Assembly (NCBI GenBank): GCA_037447435.1
Contig: JBBIGR010000006.1
Coordinates: 94,136-158,135 of the forward strand
From: Fibrobacteria bacterium
Lineage (GTDB): Bacteria; Fibrobacterota; Chitinivibrionia; Chitinivibrionales; FEN-1185
Direction: 5' to 3'
Length of the DNA: 64,000 nt
In this document: piece after piece, positions 52,039 through 61,800 of the stretch
Layout: each line of letters starts with the position of its first letter
Position numbering within the stretch: the stretch's first letter is position 1
Notes under the pieces: generated by a model
What the model saw: the letters and a program-made list of their open reading frames with translations, nothing else
Database searches by the model: none
What the model was told of the DNA's origin: nothing
Position numbers and translations under genes: made by a program

Positions 52039-53404
52039 AAATCCTATCATCGTTATCGACGACGAGCCGAATTCCTTACAGAGCGTGGATTTGGTATTGC
52101 GAATTGCCGGCTTTAACAATATTAAGACGTTCACCAGCGCCAACGAGGCAATTTCCGTATGGAAAGCCAATCGTTGTTCCGCGGTTATTCTCGACGTGGT
52201 GATGCCCGACGCAAACGGATTAGACGTGCTTAAGGAAATCAAGAGTACGGTGCCAGAGGTCCCGGTCATCATGGTAACAGGTGTCAATGAAATAGATTCC
52301 GCCGTTACGTGTTTGAAAAACGGGGCGCACGACTATCTTATCAAGCCGATTGAATCGGAACGCCTGATCGTCAGCCTGACAAATGCATTATATATTGCCG
52401 AATTGGAAAAAGACTATACCCGTTTATCGGAATGCATGCTTTCGGAAAAACCGAATAATCCGGACAGTTTCAATCACATCATAACCCGAAGTGAATGCAT
52501 GCTGCGCCTGTTCAAATATGTCGAATCGGTCGGCCCCACCGGCCACCCTGTGCTTATCACCGGTGAAACAGGAGTTGGAAAAGAACTCTTTGCCAAGGCG
52601 ATTCATAAGGTAAGCATTCGACAGGGCGATTTCGTCACTGTCAATATTGCCGGCCTTGACGACGCCATGTTCTCCGATACGCTTTTCGGACATGTAAAGG
52701 GTGCATTCACCGGCGCGGACAGCGCGAGACCGGGGTTGATAGAGCAGGCTTTTGGCGGAACGATTTTCCTTGATGAAATCGGCGACCTCAGCGTGCAATC
52801 TCAAATCAAGCTTTTGCGGCTCATTCAGGAAAAAGAATATCGGCAATTGGGAAAAGACGCGATTTTGCCTTGCAACGCAAGAATTGTTGCGGCAACATGC
52901 AGGACATTGGAAGATTTGAATGAATCGACCATATTTCGTAAAGATCTTTTTTACCGTTTGCGAACGCATCATGTCCACATCCCTCCCCTGCGGGAACGCA
53001 AAGATGACCTAGCATTGCTTACCGCTTTTTTTGTTGAAAAAGCCGCTAAAGAACTTAATAGGAACAAGCCTTTTATTCCTCTGGAGCTTTATGATATTCT
53101 CAATGCATATCATTTTCCGGGAAATTTCCGCGAATTGAATGCCATCATTTTCGATGCCATGAGCAATTCGCATAACGGCAAGCTATCGCTTCAATCCATT
53201 CATCAGGCTATCGGAACACATCAAATAAAAACCAGCTCCGAATCGTCCGTTACCTTTAATGCGCAATTGCCAAGCCTCAAGGAAGTTGAGCATATATTGA
53301 TAAGAGAGGCTGTGGCACGCGCATCGGGAAACCAGACCGTTGCAGCCGAGCTTCTCGGCATAACGAGGCAAACGCTCGCCTATCGATTAAAGCAACTTTC
53401 ATAA
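52007..53404 (+). CDS. Sigma54-dependent response regulator (NtrC family)
   Basis: REC, GETGVGKE, intact GAFTGA, FRKDLFYRL, HTH; overlaps its kinase gene. Confidence 0.93.
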   Translation: MTNPDAVLKPENPIIVIDDEPNSLQSVDLVLRIAGFNNIKTFTSANEAISVWKANRCSAVILDVVMPDANGLDVLKEIKSTVPEVPVIMVTGVNEIDSAVTCLKNGAHDYLIKPIESERLIVSLTNALYIAELEKDYTRLSECMLSEKPNNPDSFNHIITRSECMLRLFKYVESVGPTGHPVLITGETGVGKELFAKAIHKVSIRQGDFVTVNIAGLDDAMFSDTLFGHVKGAFTGADSARPGLIEQAFGGTIFLDEIGDLSVQSQIKLLRLIQEKEYRQLGKDAILPCNARIVAATCRTLEDLNESTIFRKDLFYRLRTHHVHIPPLRERKDDLALLTAFFVEKAAKELNRNKPFIPLELYDILNAYHFPGNFRELNAIIFDAMSNSHNGKLSLQSIHQAIGTHQIKTSSESSVTFNAQLPSLKEVEHILIREAVARASGNQTVAAELLGITRQTLAYRLKQLS

Positions 53405-53421
53405 TAGCCTGGTTTTACTCC

Positions 53422-53619
53422 GCACAATTTTTTGCAGACCGCATCCGCCTTATTTCTTTGTAAAGCAATGATTTTCTTGCCGTTTTGCAGGCAGCGATCA
53501 TTTTAAGCATGCAGATTTTTTTGCAGTCATCGCCTCGGTTAACCCAAATTTGATTTCCGGATAACCATTTGATTCATATGCAGTTGCGTCGTTATTAAAA
53601 AACTGGCAGAGTCTTTGCA
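53422..53619 (+). promoter_or_regulatory. Sigma54 promoter with IHF site and two enhancer-like palindromes
   Basis: TGGCAGAGTCTTTGCA 53604-53619; AATCAAATGGTTA (minus strand, 53562-53574) matches WATCAAN4TTR; GCA-N8-TGCAG boxes at 53422-53437 and 53511-53526. Confidence 0.75.
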
Positions 53620-53677
53620 TATTGCATTTAATCAATTGACCACAGGGGACAATGAACCGGGCGGGAGAATTGTAACC

Positions 53678-54775
53678 GTGAAAAGAATACTTCTTGCAGA
53701 AGACGAAAAACAATTAAGCATGGGCATAACGCTCGCTTTGCGAAGCGAGGGATATGAAGTAACGGAAACAAACAACGGCATAGATGCCCTCCATGCGATT
53801 TTGGACAGCAAAATTGCCGGTTCCCCGTACGATATGCTTCTCTGCGATATTCAGATGCCCAAAATGACCGGTGAAGACCTTCTGGAAAAACTCAAAAAAA
53901 TCCAGGCCACTCTACCCACCCTGGTTATTTCGGGATACGGTGAAAAAGAACTTATCGTTCGATTGTTGCGGGCCGGATGCAAGGATTTTATTGACAAACC
54001 GTTTCTTCCCGACGACCTTTGCCGTAAAGTAAATGACCTATTATCGGAATGCTCGAACGATGCTATGGATGCAAAACGCCGGTTAATGCTCTCCATAATC
54101 GGTGAAAAAACCGTACAAGTGGCGCATGATCTTAAAAACATCATCAGCGGAACAATCGGTTACGCAGACATGGCGTTAGACGAAATAGAGCCTGACAATC
54201 CTATAAAGGATAAAATCGAAAAATTGTTAATATCATCGGGCCGGGCTGCCGAGATTTGCCGAGAATTGGTCAGCAAATCCAAGGGAACGGGTAAATCGTT
54301 CCAAATTTCCACAGAGGTAAATTCGCTGGTCCAAAAAATTGCCGCAATACTTTCGGATATAGCGCCGCAAAATGTGACCGTGATTGCGGAAGCGCCATCG
54401 GATCCCATTTGGCTTAAAGCGGATGCAGAACGTTTACAACAGGCCGTATTGAACCTAGGTTTCAATGCATTTAACGCGATGAACAACGGGGGGAAGCTGA
54501 TACTTTCCGTGACGTTGGACCAGGTATATCGCCCTTGCTCTAACACCAAGGACCAACCTTGTGTGATAATTTCGGTACGCGATACGGGGTGCGGACTTTC
54601 GGCAGAGAAAAAAGCCAAGCTTTTCGAAGAATCATTTTCTACCCGTGAAGACGGTTTTGGGTTAGGACTGGGCATCGTGAGCCAAATCGTCATGAAAGAG
54701 CATAACGGATGGATAAATGTGGAATCGGATGTCGGAAAAGGAACAGTGTTCAAGCTTTATTTTACAAAATCATAA
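53678..54775 (+). CDS. REC-histidine kinase hybrid
   Basis: ILLAEDE, CDIQMP, KP; VAHDLKNI H-box; GFGLGLG; GTG start behind GGAG. Confidence 0.88.
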   Translation: MKRILLAEDEKQLSMGITLALRSEGYEVTETNNGIDALHAILDSKIAGSPYDMLLCDIQMPKMTGEDLLEKLKKIQATLPTLVISGYGEKELIVRLLRAGCKDFIDKPFLPDDLCRKVNDLLSECSNDAMDAKRRLMLSIIGEKTVQVAHDLKNIISGTIGYADMALDEIEPDNPIKDKIEKLLISSGRAAEICRELVSKSKGTGKSFQISTEVNSLVQKIAAILSDIAPQNVTVIAEAPSDPIWLKADAERLQQAVLNLGFNAFNAMNNGGKLILSVTLDQVYRPCSNTKDQPCVIISVRDTGCGLSAEKKAKLFEESFSTREDGFGLGLGIVSQIVMKEHNGWINVESDVGKGTVFKLYFTKS

Positions 54776-54880
54776 CGAGAAAAACCAATATACGGCTCTC
54801 GGTCGCATTCGTATCCGGAAATGAATTCGACCGTCTGGGCCAAAAATTTCCTTCCATGAAATCAACGAAAGGATAGCGGT

Positions 54881-57712
54881 ATGTTGAACAAAATCAAGAT
54901 CGGACCAAAATTGATAGGCGGTTTTTTTATAGTCGCAATTATAGCCGGGATAATCGGGGTTATCGGCATTTTGAACCTGAAAAAAATCGATGCCGCAGAT
55001 ACGAAGCTTTATACGAACATGACGATTCCCATTTCATTAATGTCCGACGTATCAACATGTTTTCAACGGGCACGAATCAATTTGAACAATATCGTCCGAT
55101 CCAACGATGCCAGGGACATTCAAAAGTATAAAGGGGTTATCAACGATCTTTCTGCAAAAATTTCCGAGAATATGGATGCATTCGAAAAGCTCATCATATC
55201 GGATGAGATGAAAAAAGCATACGGTGAATTGCAGACTGCCAGGGCTAATTACAAAGAAAATCTTAAAGAAATAATAAACCTGGCCGAAGCGAACAAAGAT
55301 GCCGAAGCATATGCCATTATCGACGGAAAAGGATATGAAAACGCTATGGCCGAGCAGGCGGCAATTGACAAGATAATCGATATGAAAGTATCGGATGCCA
55401 AGAAGACTTCCGATACCAATACCGCGTTGGCAAACAGCGCTATAACCATTATGATAAGCGCGCTTATAATAGGCATCCTGATTGCCTTGCTCCTCGGGAT
55501 TTTCCTCACCACATCCATATCGCAGCCTTTGAGCAAGGGGGTGGCGATGATGGCTGAAATGGCCAAAGGCCATTTGGGAATGCGTTTAAAAATGAATCGT
55601 CAAGACGAAATCGGCGAACTTGCAAATGCGATGGACACATTTGCCGAAAAATTGCAAATGGAGGTAGTTGGCACAATAAAGAAGATCGCGGATGGCGATC
55701 TTTCTTCCAAGGTATTGGCCGCAGACGATCATGACGAAATTTCTCCTGCCATTATAACGGTAATGGAGAATTTGAAAAGTTTAATTTCCGAGTTGAACAA
55801 CATGAGCAAGCAACATGATATGGGCGATATCGATATCGTTATTTCGACCGATCTATTTAAAGGTTCGTATAAAGAAATGGGTGAAAACGTGAACAAAATG
55901 GTGAACGGACATATTTCGGTAAAGAAAAAAGCAATGGCGTGTATCGCAGAATTCGGAAAAGGTAACTTTGAAGCCCCTCTCGATAAATTCCCGGGTAAAA
56001 AAGCGTTTATTAACGATACGATAGAAACGCTCAGGTCCAATCTTAAAAAAGTCAATTCTGAAATCGGAAATCTTGTTAAAGCGGCCGCAGAAGGCGAATT
56101 GGACAAACGGGCAAATGCAGAGGCTTTTACCGGCGACTGGAAACAACTCGTCCTTGGCGTCAACGATACGATTACCAACATCGTGAACCCGCTCATGGTC
56201 ACTGCGGATTATGTTGATAAAATTTCGAAAGGCGTAATCCCGCCCGAAATAACAACCATTTACAAAGGCCAATACAATATTATTAAAAACAACCTGAACG
56301 CTGTTGTCAAGATGATGAGCGAACTTCTTAAGGAAACAGACGCCATCATCAAGGCCGCGGCGGACGGCGATCTCGACAAGCGCGCGAACGCCGACCTGTT
56401 CTTCGGCGGCTGGAAGCAACTCGTATCGGGAGTCAATGACACGATCACCAACATCGTCAAACCGCTCATGGTAACGGCCGATTACGTGGATAAAATTTCG
56501 AAAGGCATTATTCCTCCTGCAATTACGGATATATACAAAGGGCAATATAATACGATAAAGACCAATTTGAACCAATGCATAGAAGCATTAAACGGAATTA
56601 TTGTTGAAGACGGCGGCAAGGTGCTTGAAGCTGCTGCTGAAAAAGACCTGTCGAAGCGTTTGACGCGTACCTATCAAAACCAGTATCAAACCATGAAAAA
56701 CAATATCAACAAAGTCGTAGAAAACCTTGATTCCGCTTTACAGCAGGTAACGCAGGGTACTGAACAAGTTGCCTCGGCCGGGCAACAAATATCCGCGGGA
56801 AGCCAATCGCTTGCGCAGGGTGCCAATGAACAGGCGTCGAGCCTCGAAGAAATTTCGAGCAGCCTGGAAGAAATGTCCAGCATGACGAAACAGAATGCCG
56901 AAAATGCAAACCAGGCGAAGACTCTTGCCGGTGAAGCGAACGCCAACGCGGCGCAAGGCAAGCAAGCCATGGCGCGCATGAGCGATGCAATCAATAAGAT
57001 CAAGGATTCTTCCGACCAAACGGCGAAAATCGTCAAAACCATCGACGAAATAGCCATGCAAACCAATCTTTTGGCACTCAATGCCGCGGTGGAAGCGGCC
57101 CGGGCCGGAGAAGCAGGACGCGGATTCGCCGTTGTTGCGGAGGAAGTTCGAAATTTGGCGCAACGCTCGGCAGAAGCGGCAAAAAATACGGCCAATATGA
57201 TTGAAGAATCCGTAAAGAACGCCGAAGAAGGAGTTGCCATCGCATCGGATGTGGCAAAATCCTTTGAAGCAATTGCAGGCAGCAATAGTAAAGTCGACGA
57301 CCTTATTGCCGAAATCGCCGCAGCGTCCCAGGAACAATCGCAAGGCATCGATCAGGTCAATACCGCGGTTGCTCAAATGGACAAGGTGACGCAGCAGAAC
57401 GCCGCAAACAGTGAAGAATCGGCAAGCGCGGCCGAGGAACTTAGTTCCCAGGCTGAAGAGCTGCAAAAGATGGTGGCCCAATTCACGCTTTCCAACGTGG
57501 AGCAGACGTCATCGGTTCCCATTAAAATTCATCATGATTCGGCAGTACCGATTCACCAGATACCAAAGCTTGACCGTAAGCCGGAACAACGTAAAAGCAA
57601 CGGAAACGGGCATGGCGGAAATGGTAAATCCCTTGCTCATTTCGCAAGCAAGGCGATAAACGCTAAAAACCCGATACCGCTTACGGAGAACGAAGCGCTG
57701 AAAGAATTCTGA
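54881..57712 (+). CDS. Methyl-accepting chemotaxis protein with four-helix-bundle sensor and poly-HAMP
   Basis: Two TM helices, 4HB sensor, repeated HAMPs, [31 protein letters not shown]. Confidence 0.95.
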   Translation: MLNKIKIGPKLIGGFFIVAIIAGIIGVIGILNLKKIDAADTKLYTNMTIPISLMSDVSTCFQRARINLNNIVRSNDARDIQKYKGVINDLSAKISENMDAFEKLIISDEMKKAYGELQTARANYKENLKEIINLAEANKDAEAYAIIDGKGYENAMAEQAAIDKIIDMKVSDAKKTSDTNTALANSAITIMISALIIGILIALLLGIFLTTSISQPLSKGVAMMAEMAKGHLGMRLKMNRQDEIGELANAMDTFAEKLQMEVVGTIKKIADGDLSSKVLAADDHDEISPAIITVMENLKSLISELNNMSKQHDMGDIDIVISTDLFKGSYKEMGENVNKMVNGHISVKKKAMACIAEFGKGNFEAPLDKFPGKKAFINDTIETLRSNLKKVNSEIGNLVKAAAEGELDKRANAEAFTGDWKQLVLGVNDTITNIVNPLMVTADYVDKISKGVIPPEITTIYKGQYNIIKNNLNAVVKMMSELLKETDAIIKAAADGDLDKRANADLFFGGWKQLVSGVNDTITNIVKPLMVTADYVDKISKGIIPPAITDIYKGQYNTIKTNLNQCIEALNGIIVEDGGKVLEAAAEKDLSKRLTRTYQNQYQTMKNNINKVVENLDSALQQVTQGTEQVASAGQQISAGSQSLAQGANEQASSLEEISSSLEEMSSMTKQNAENANQAKTLAGEANANAAQGKQAMARMSDAINKIKDSSDQTAKIVKTIDEIAMQTNLLALNAAVEAARAGEAGRGFAVVAEEVRNLAQRSAEAAKNTANMIEESVKNAEEGVAIASDVAKSFEAIAGSNSKVDDLIAEIAAASQEQSQGIDQVNTAVAQMDKVTQQNAANSEESASAAEELSSQAEELQKMVAQFTLSNVEQTSSVPIKIHHDSAVPIHQIPKLDRKPEQRKSNGNGHGGNGKSLAHFASKAINAKNPIPLTENEALKEF
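56078..56580 (+). repeat. Intragenic 273-bp (91-aa) tandem duplication of a di-HAMP unit
   Basis: KAAA.G.LDKRANA...[33 protein letters not shown] starts at both 56078 and 56351. Confidence 0.85.
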
Positions 57713-57784
57713 TGTAAACGAAAAAACGCAAGCAAGAATACCGATCGGTGCGGTTATGCCGTAGAAGAATACACGGAGAATCGT

Positions 57785-58216
57785 ATGTTCAAGGTTATGG
57801 TTATCGACGACGACACGATCGTGAACTTCATGCTCGTGAAAATACTGCAGGCCGCAGGATACGATGCCAAAGGCATTGACAACGGCAAAAACGGGCTGCA
57901 ATTATTCGCCGTGGTGCCGTTCGACCTGATCGTGACCGACATAGTGATGCCGGAAAAGGAAGGACTCGAATTCATACAAACGGTTCGAATGGAAAACAAA
58001 TCGATTCCTATAATAGCAATTTCGGGAGGCGGAAAAATTGGCCCTGAAAATTATCTGACAATGGCTCGATATTTCGGGGCTAATTTTACCTTTGAGAAGC
58101 CGGTCGACACGAAACTTTTTTTATCGGCAGTGAAAAAATGTCTCGAAAACGCATCCAATCGCAATGGACAAAACGCGGGCACAACAGCATTAATCGACCG
58201 CCACGGTTCCTACTAA
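57785..58216 (+). CDS. Single-domain response regulator
   Basis: VIDDD, TDIVMPEKEG, IIAISGGG, EKP. Confidence 0.9.
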   Translation: MFKVMVIDDDTIVNFMLVKILQAAGYDAKGIDNGKNGLQLFAVVPFDLIVTDIVMPEKEGLEFIQTVRMENKSIPIIAISGGGKIGPENYLTMARYFGANFTFEKPVDTKLFLSAVKKCLENASNRNGQNAGTTALIDRHGSY

Positions 58217-58233
58217 TAAAAGGAATGACCATC

Positions 58234-58725
58234 ATGATTTACAGGGACACACGCATAAAAAAGGTACCTTTGCAAAACGAGCATGATCGAGAAACAGTCG
58301 AAATTCTTCCCTGTACTTTAGCGGTTGTACGCAATTGCGGAACGCTCAGAACCGTCGTGGGAAGCGGGATATCGGTTTGCCTGTATGACAAACGCAACCG
58401 TTGCGCAGGAATGAACCATTTCCTGTTTCCGCGCATTCTTGATCCGCAAAAAGCGACTTGCCGCTATGGAAACGCCGCGCTTATCGGTTTGTGCACGTTA
58501 CTCAACCATACCGAAATGGAAAGTGAATTGGTCGCCTATATTGCCGGAGGAGCATACTGCGACGAGTTTGAAATGGAAATTGCGGTCCAAAACATTCAGA
58601 TGGCGTGGAAATTCCTGCTGTCAAAGGGTATCCCGATTTATTCGGAATTTGTCGGCGGCCGGTATCAGAGGGAAGCGACTTTTGACATCGAAAACAATGT
58701 TTTTTCGGCAAAAATCATTCAATAA
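58234..58725 (+). CDS. cheD: CheD-family protein with the catalytic Cys replaced by Gly
   Basis: TVVGSGISVCLYD, GMNHFLFP, RYG, AGGA, VGG..QR. Confidence 0.82.
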   Translation: MIYRDTRIKKVPLQNEHDRETVEILPCTLAVVRNCGTLRTVVGSGISVCLYDKRNRCAGMNHFLFPRILDPQKATCRYGNAALIGLCTLLNHTEMESELVAYIAGGAYCDEFEMEIAVQNIQMAWKFLLSKGIPIYSEFVGGRYQREATFDIENNVFSAKIIQ

Positions 58726-58761
58726 AAAGCATTTTTGTAAATTCGTGTATAGCGGTAGGAT

Positions 58762-58796
58762 AAGAGTGAGGCGAAACCCCTTCGTCTCGCTCTTTT
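58762..58796 (+). terminator. Intrinsic terminator after cheD
   Basis: AAGAGTGAGGCGAA-ACCCC-TTCGTCTCGCTCTT followed by TT. Confidence 0.65.
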
Positions 58797-58876
58797 ATAT
58801 TTTCTGCGTGACTTATGATTGTAAATTTACCATTTTCCAAAGGGGGCATTACCTTTTCGCCGATTGGGATTATCTG

Positions 58877-61800
58877 ATGAAAATGAACGGAAACCCGGAA
58901 AATACTGAGGATTCAAACGATGGACATAATGGCCTTGAAACCGATGTAAACAATCCGCAGACGCAAATGAACGGATTCCTTCCCTCGACGCCTTTGGAAG
59001 AGAAGGCATTGGAATCGATACTTCGACTGCTTTTCCATTCCACGCAAATCGATTTTTCGCATTATCGGCAAACCACTGTTTTACGCCGAATAATGAGACG
59101 GATTTCCTTAAATAACAAGACGACCTTTGCGGAATACCTTACTTTCATAGAAAACAATCCGAAGGAAGCCGAATTGTTGTACGACGATCTATTGCTTTCG
59201 CATACCGATTTTTTCAGGGATCCCGAAATTTTCGAAATTCTCAAAAACGCTGTTTTCCCAAAACTCGTTGAAAACCGACCGGCAAAGACGCCGATTCGCA
59301 TTTGGATTGCGGGATGCTCCAGCGGAGAAGAGGTCTATTCTTTAGCAATATGCCTCCATGAATTTTTGGTGGAAAGCAAATCGGTCGCCACGGTCCAAAT
59401 TTTCGGTACGGATTTGAATCTTCGTCATATCACTGAAGCTCGACGGGCTGTTTATCCGGATAAAATCAGGAAGAACATTTCCGAAAAACGTCTCTCGCGT
59501 TACTTTGACCCGGTACACGAAGGTTTGCAGGTTACAAAGCAAATCCGTGAAATGTGCGTTTTTGCCGTACAGGATGTGACGCAAGATCCGCCGTTTCCGT
59601 CTATCGACCTGGTAAGCTGCAGAAACGTGCTCATCTATTTCGACGCGGCATTACAGGAAATCGTCATTCCCCTGTTTCACTTTGCGCTGAAGCCAACGGG
59701 TTTTTTATTGCTCGGAACATCCGAATCCATGAGCAAGTTCTCCGAATTATTCACGCCCGTTAATCAGAACATCAATTTATTCATAAAACGGTCAACCAGA
59801 AACAAAATCCTTTATCGATTTCCGACCGGTAGAACGGCTTCGAAATCGCGAAACGGGCTTGAACAAGTACCGGTTTTATTGACAAACAATCAGCCGCAGG
59901 GATGCATCGACATGAACAGACAAATCGACGCGGTACTCCTGGATTCGTTCGCGCCGCCGTGCCTTGTCGTTGACAACAACATGCAAATCAGGCAATTCCG
60001 GGGAGACACAGCGCGTTTTTTTTCGCCCGCCCCGGGCGAAGCAAGTCTCAAGCTTTCTAAAATGACAAGTGCCGGCCTCATGCCCGACATCTATGTGGCC
60101 ATCGAAGAGGCAAAAAAGAAAAACTGCAAAATACTGAAAGAAAACATCTCGTACAGCCATAAGGATGCCCGCGCATCAATCGACATAGGCGTTATTCCAA
60201 TTCACGATCCTTCGACCGGTATGCCCTGCTTTCTCATAACGTTCGAACCGACGAGCCCCTCGCCTTCATCCGAAAGCTTATTGACCGGCATTACTCCCGA
60301 TGTACAAGGCGAGATCATGCGTTTACAGAATGAATTGCAAGCCACTAAGGAGCATTTACAGTCTATCGTCGAGGAAAAAGACGAAGTAAACCAGGAAATG
60401 TGGGCGGCGAACGAAGAAATACAGTCGACAAACGAGGAATTACAGAGCGTCAATGAAGAGATGGAGGCCGCCAAGGAGGAACTTGAATCGAGCAACGAGG
60501 AATTGATAACGCTGAACGAAGAACTTTGCGAGAAAAACAACGAATTGAAAGCAACCGAGGAAAAATTCAGAAACCTGGTCTGGGACATGCAGGTGGGCGT
60601 GGTATTGCAAGACCCCAACGCGGAATTGCTGCTGTGTAATCCCAAGGCGCTGGAACTTTTGGGCCTTACGGAAAACCAGCTGTTGGAAAAAACATCGTAC
60701 GACCCGGATTGGAATATCGTTCGTGAAGACGGAACCCTGTTCCCCGGTCCACAACATCCGGTTCCTACGGCTATACGGACGGGAAAACCGGTTCGCAACG
60801 TCGTCATGGGCATTTTCCGACCGCTCACGCAGGACCGTATATGGGTGATTGTCGACGCGCAACCGCAATTGAATGACGATGGAACGGTACGTCAGGTCGT
60901 GTGCACCTTTATCGACATTTCGGAACGCAAGAAAGCCGAATTTCAACGCGAAACGGCATTGGCGCAGTTGAACGAACGAAACCAGTTCGTTGAATCCCTC
61001 ATCAATTTAAGTCCGGATATTATTTACATTTACGATATCGACAGCAGTTCCAACATTTACAGCAACGACGGCGTCCAAAATATACTCGGCTTCTCGGCGA
61101 TGGAATTAAAGGAAATGGGGCCGGACATGATATCCCGACTCATGCACCCGGACGATTATTTGATTTACACAAATGAAACTTCCAAAAAGTACGCTGCAGC
61201 AAAAGACAATGATCAAATAATCACTCAGTACAGAATGAAGCATAAGAACGGCCAATGGCGTTGGCTTTTTTCCAATGAGCTGATTTACTTGAGAAAAGCC
61301 GACGGAACGCCGAAACAGATTTTCGGCATCATTCACGATATCACCGAAAGCATACAGGCCAAGGACGAAATTTTAAAGCAGAAAATATTTTTCGAGCAGA
61401 TGTTCACCCAGTCGTCGGTAAGCACGCAGATTCTTGACAAAGACGGATGGTGCGAACGGATAAACCCGAAACTCAGCGATATTTTCGGTGTGAAACCCGA
61501 AAATATCGAAGGCAGGATTTACAATATTTTCAAGGACGAGGCAGTCAAGCAAGGCGGCGTGATACCGCATCTTGAAAAAGTATTTAAAGAAGGTAAAACA
61601 GCTGAATGGGAAGTTTATTTCGATATCGGGATCGCCGCGGATTCCCAGAACATCAGGGTATCCGAGAAAAAGAAAGTGTGGTACTATAACTGGGCCTACC
61701 CGATTTTGGATAAAGACGGGCAATTGAGCCACGTGATAATACAACATACCAATATTTCGAAACGCAAAGAAGCGGAAGAGGCGTTGCGCGAGAGTGAAGA

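Noticed and set aside
58439..58876. 146-codon N-terminal extension of the CheR-kinase ORF, possibly a CheB domain
   Set aside because: It overlaps cheD in another frame, crosses a terminator hairpin and has no CheB motifs.
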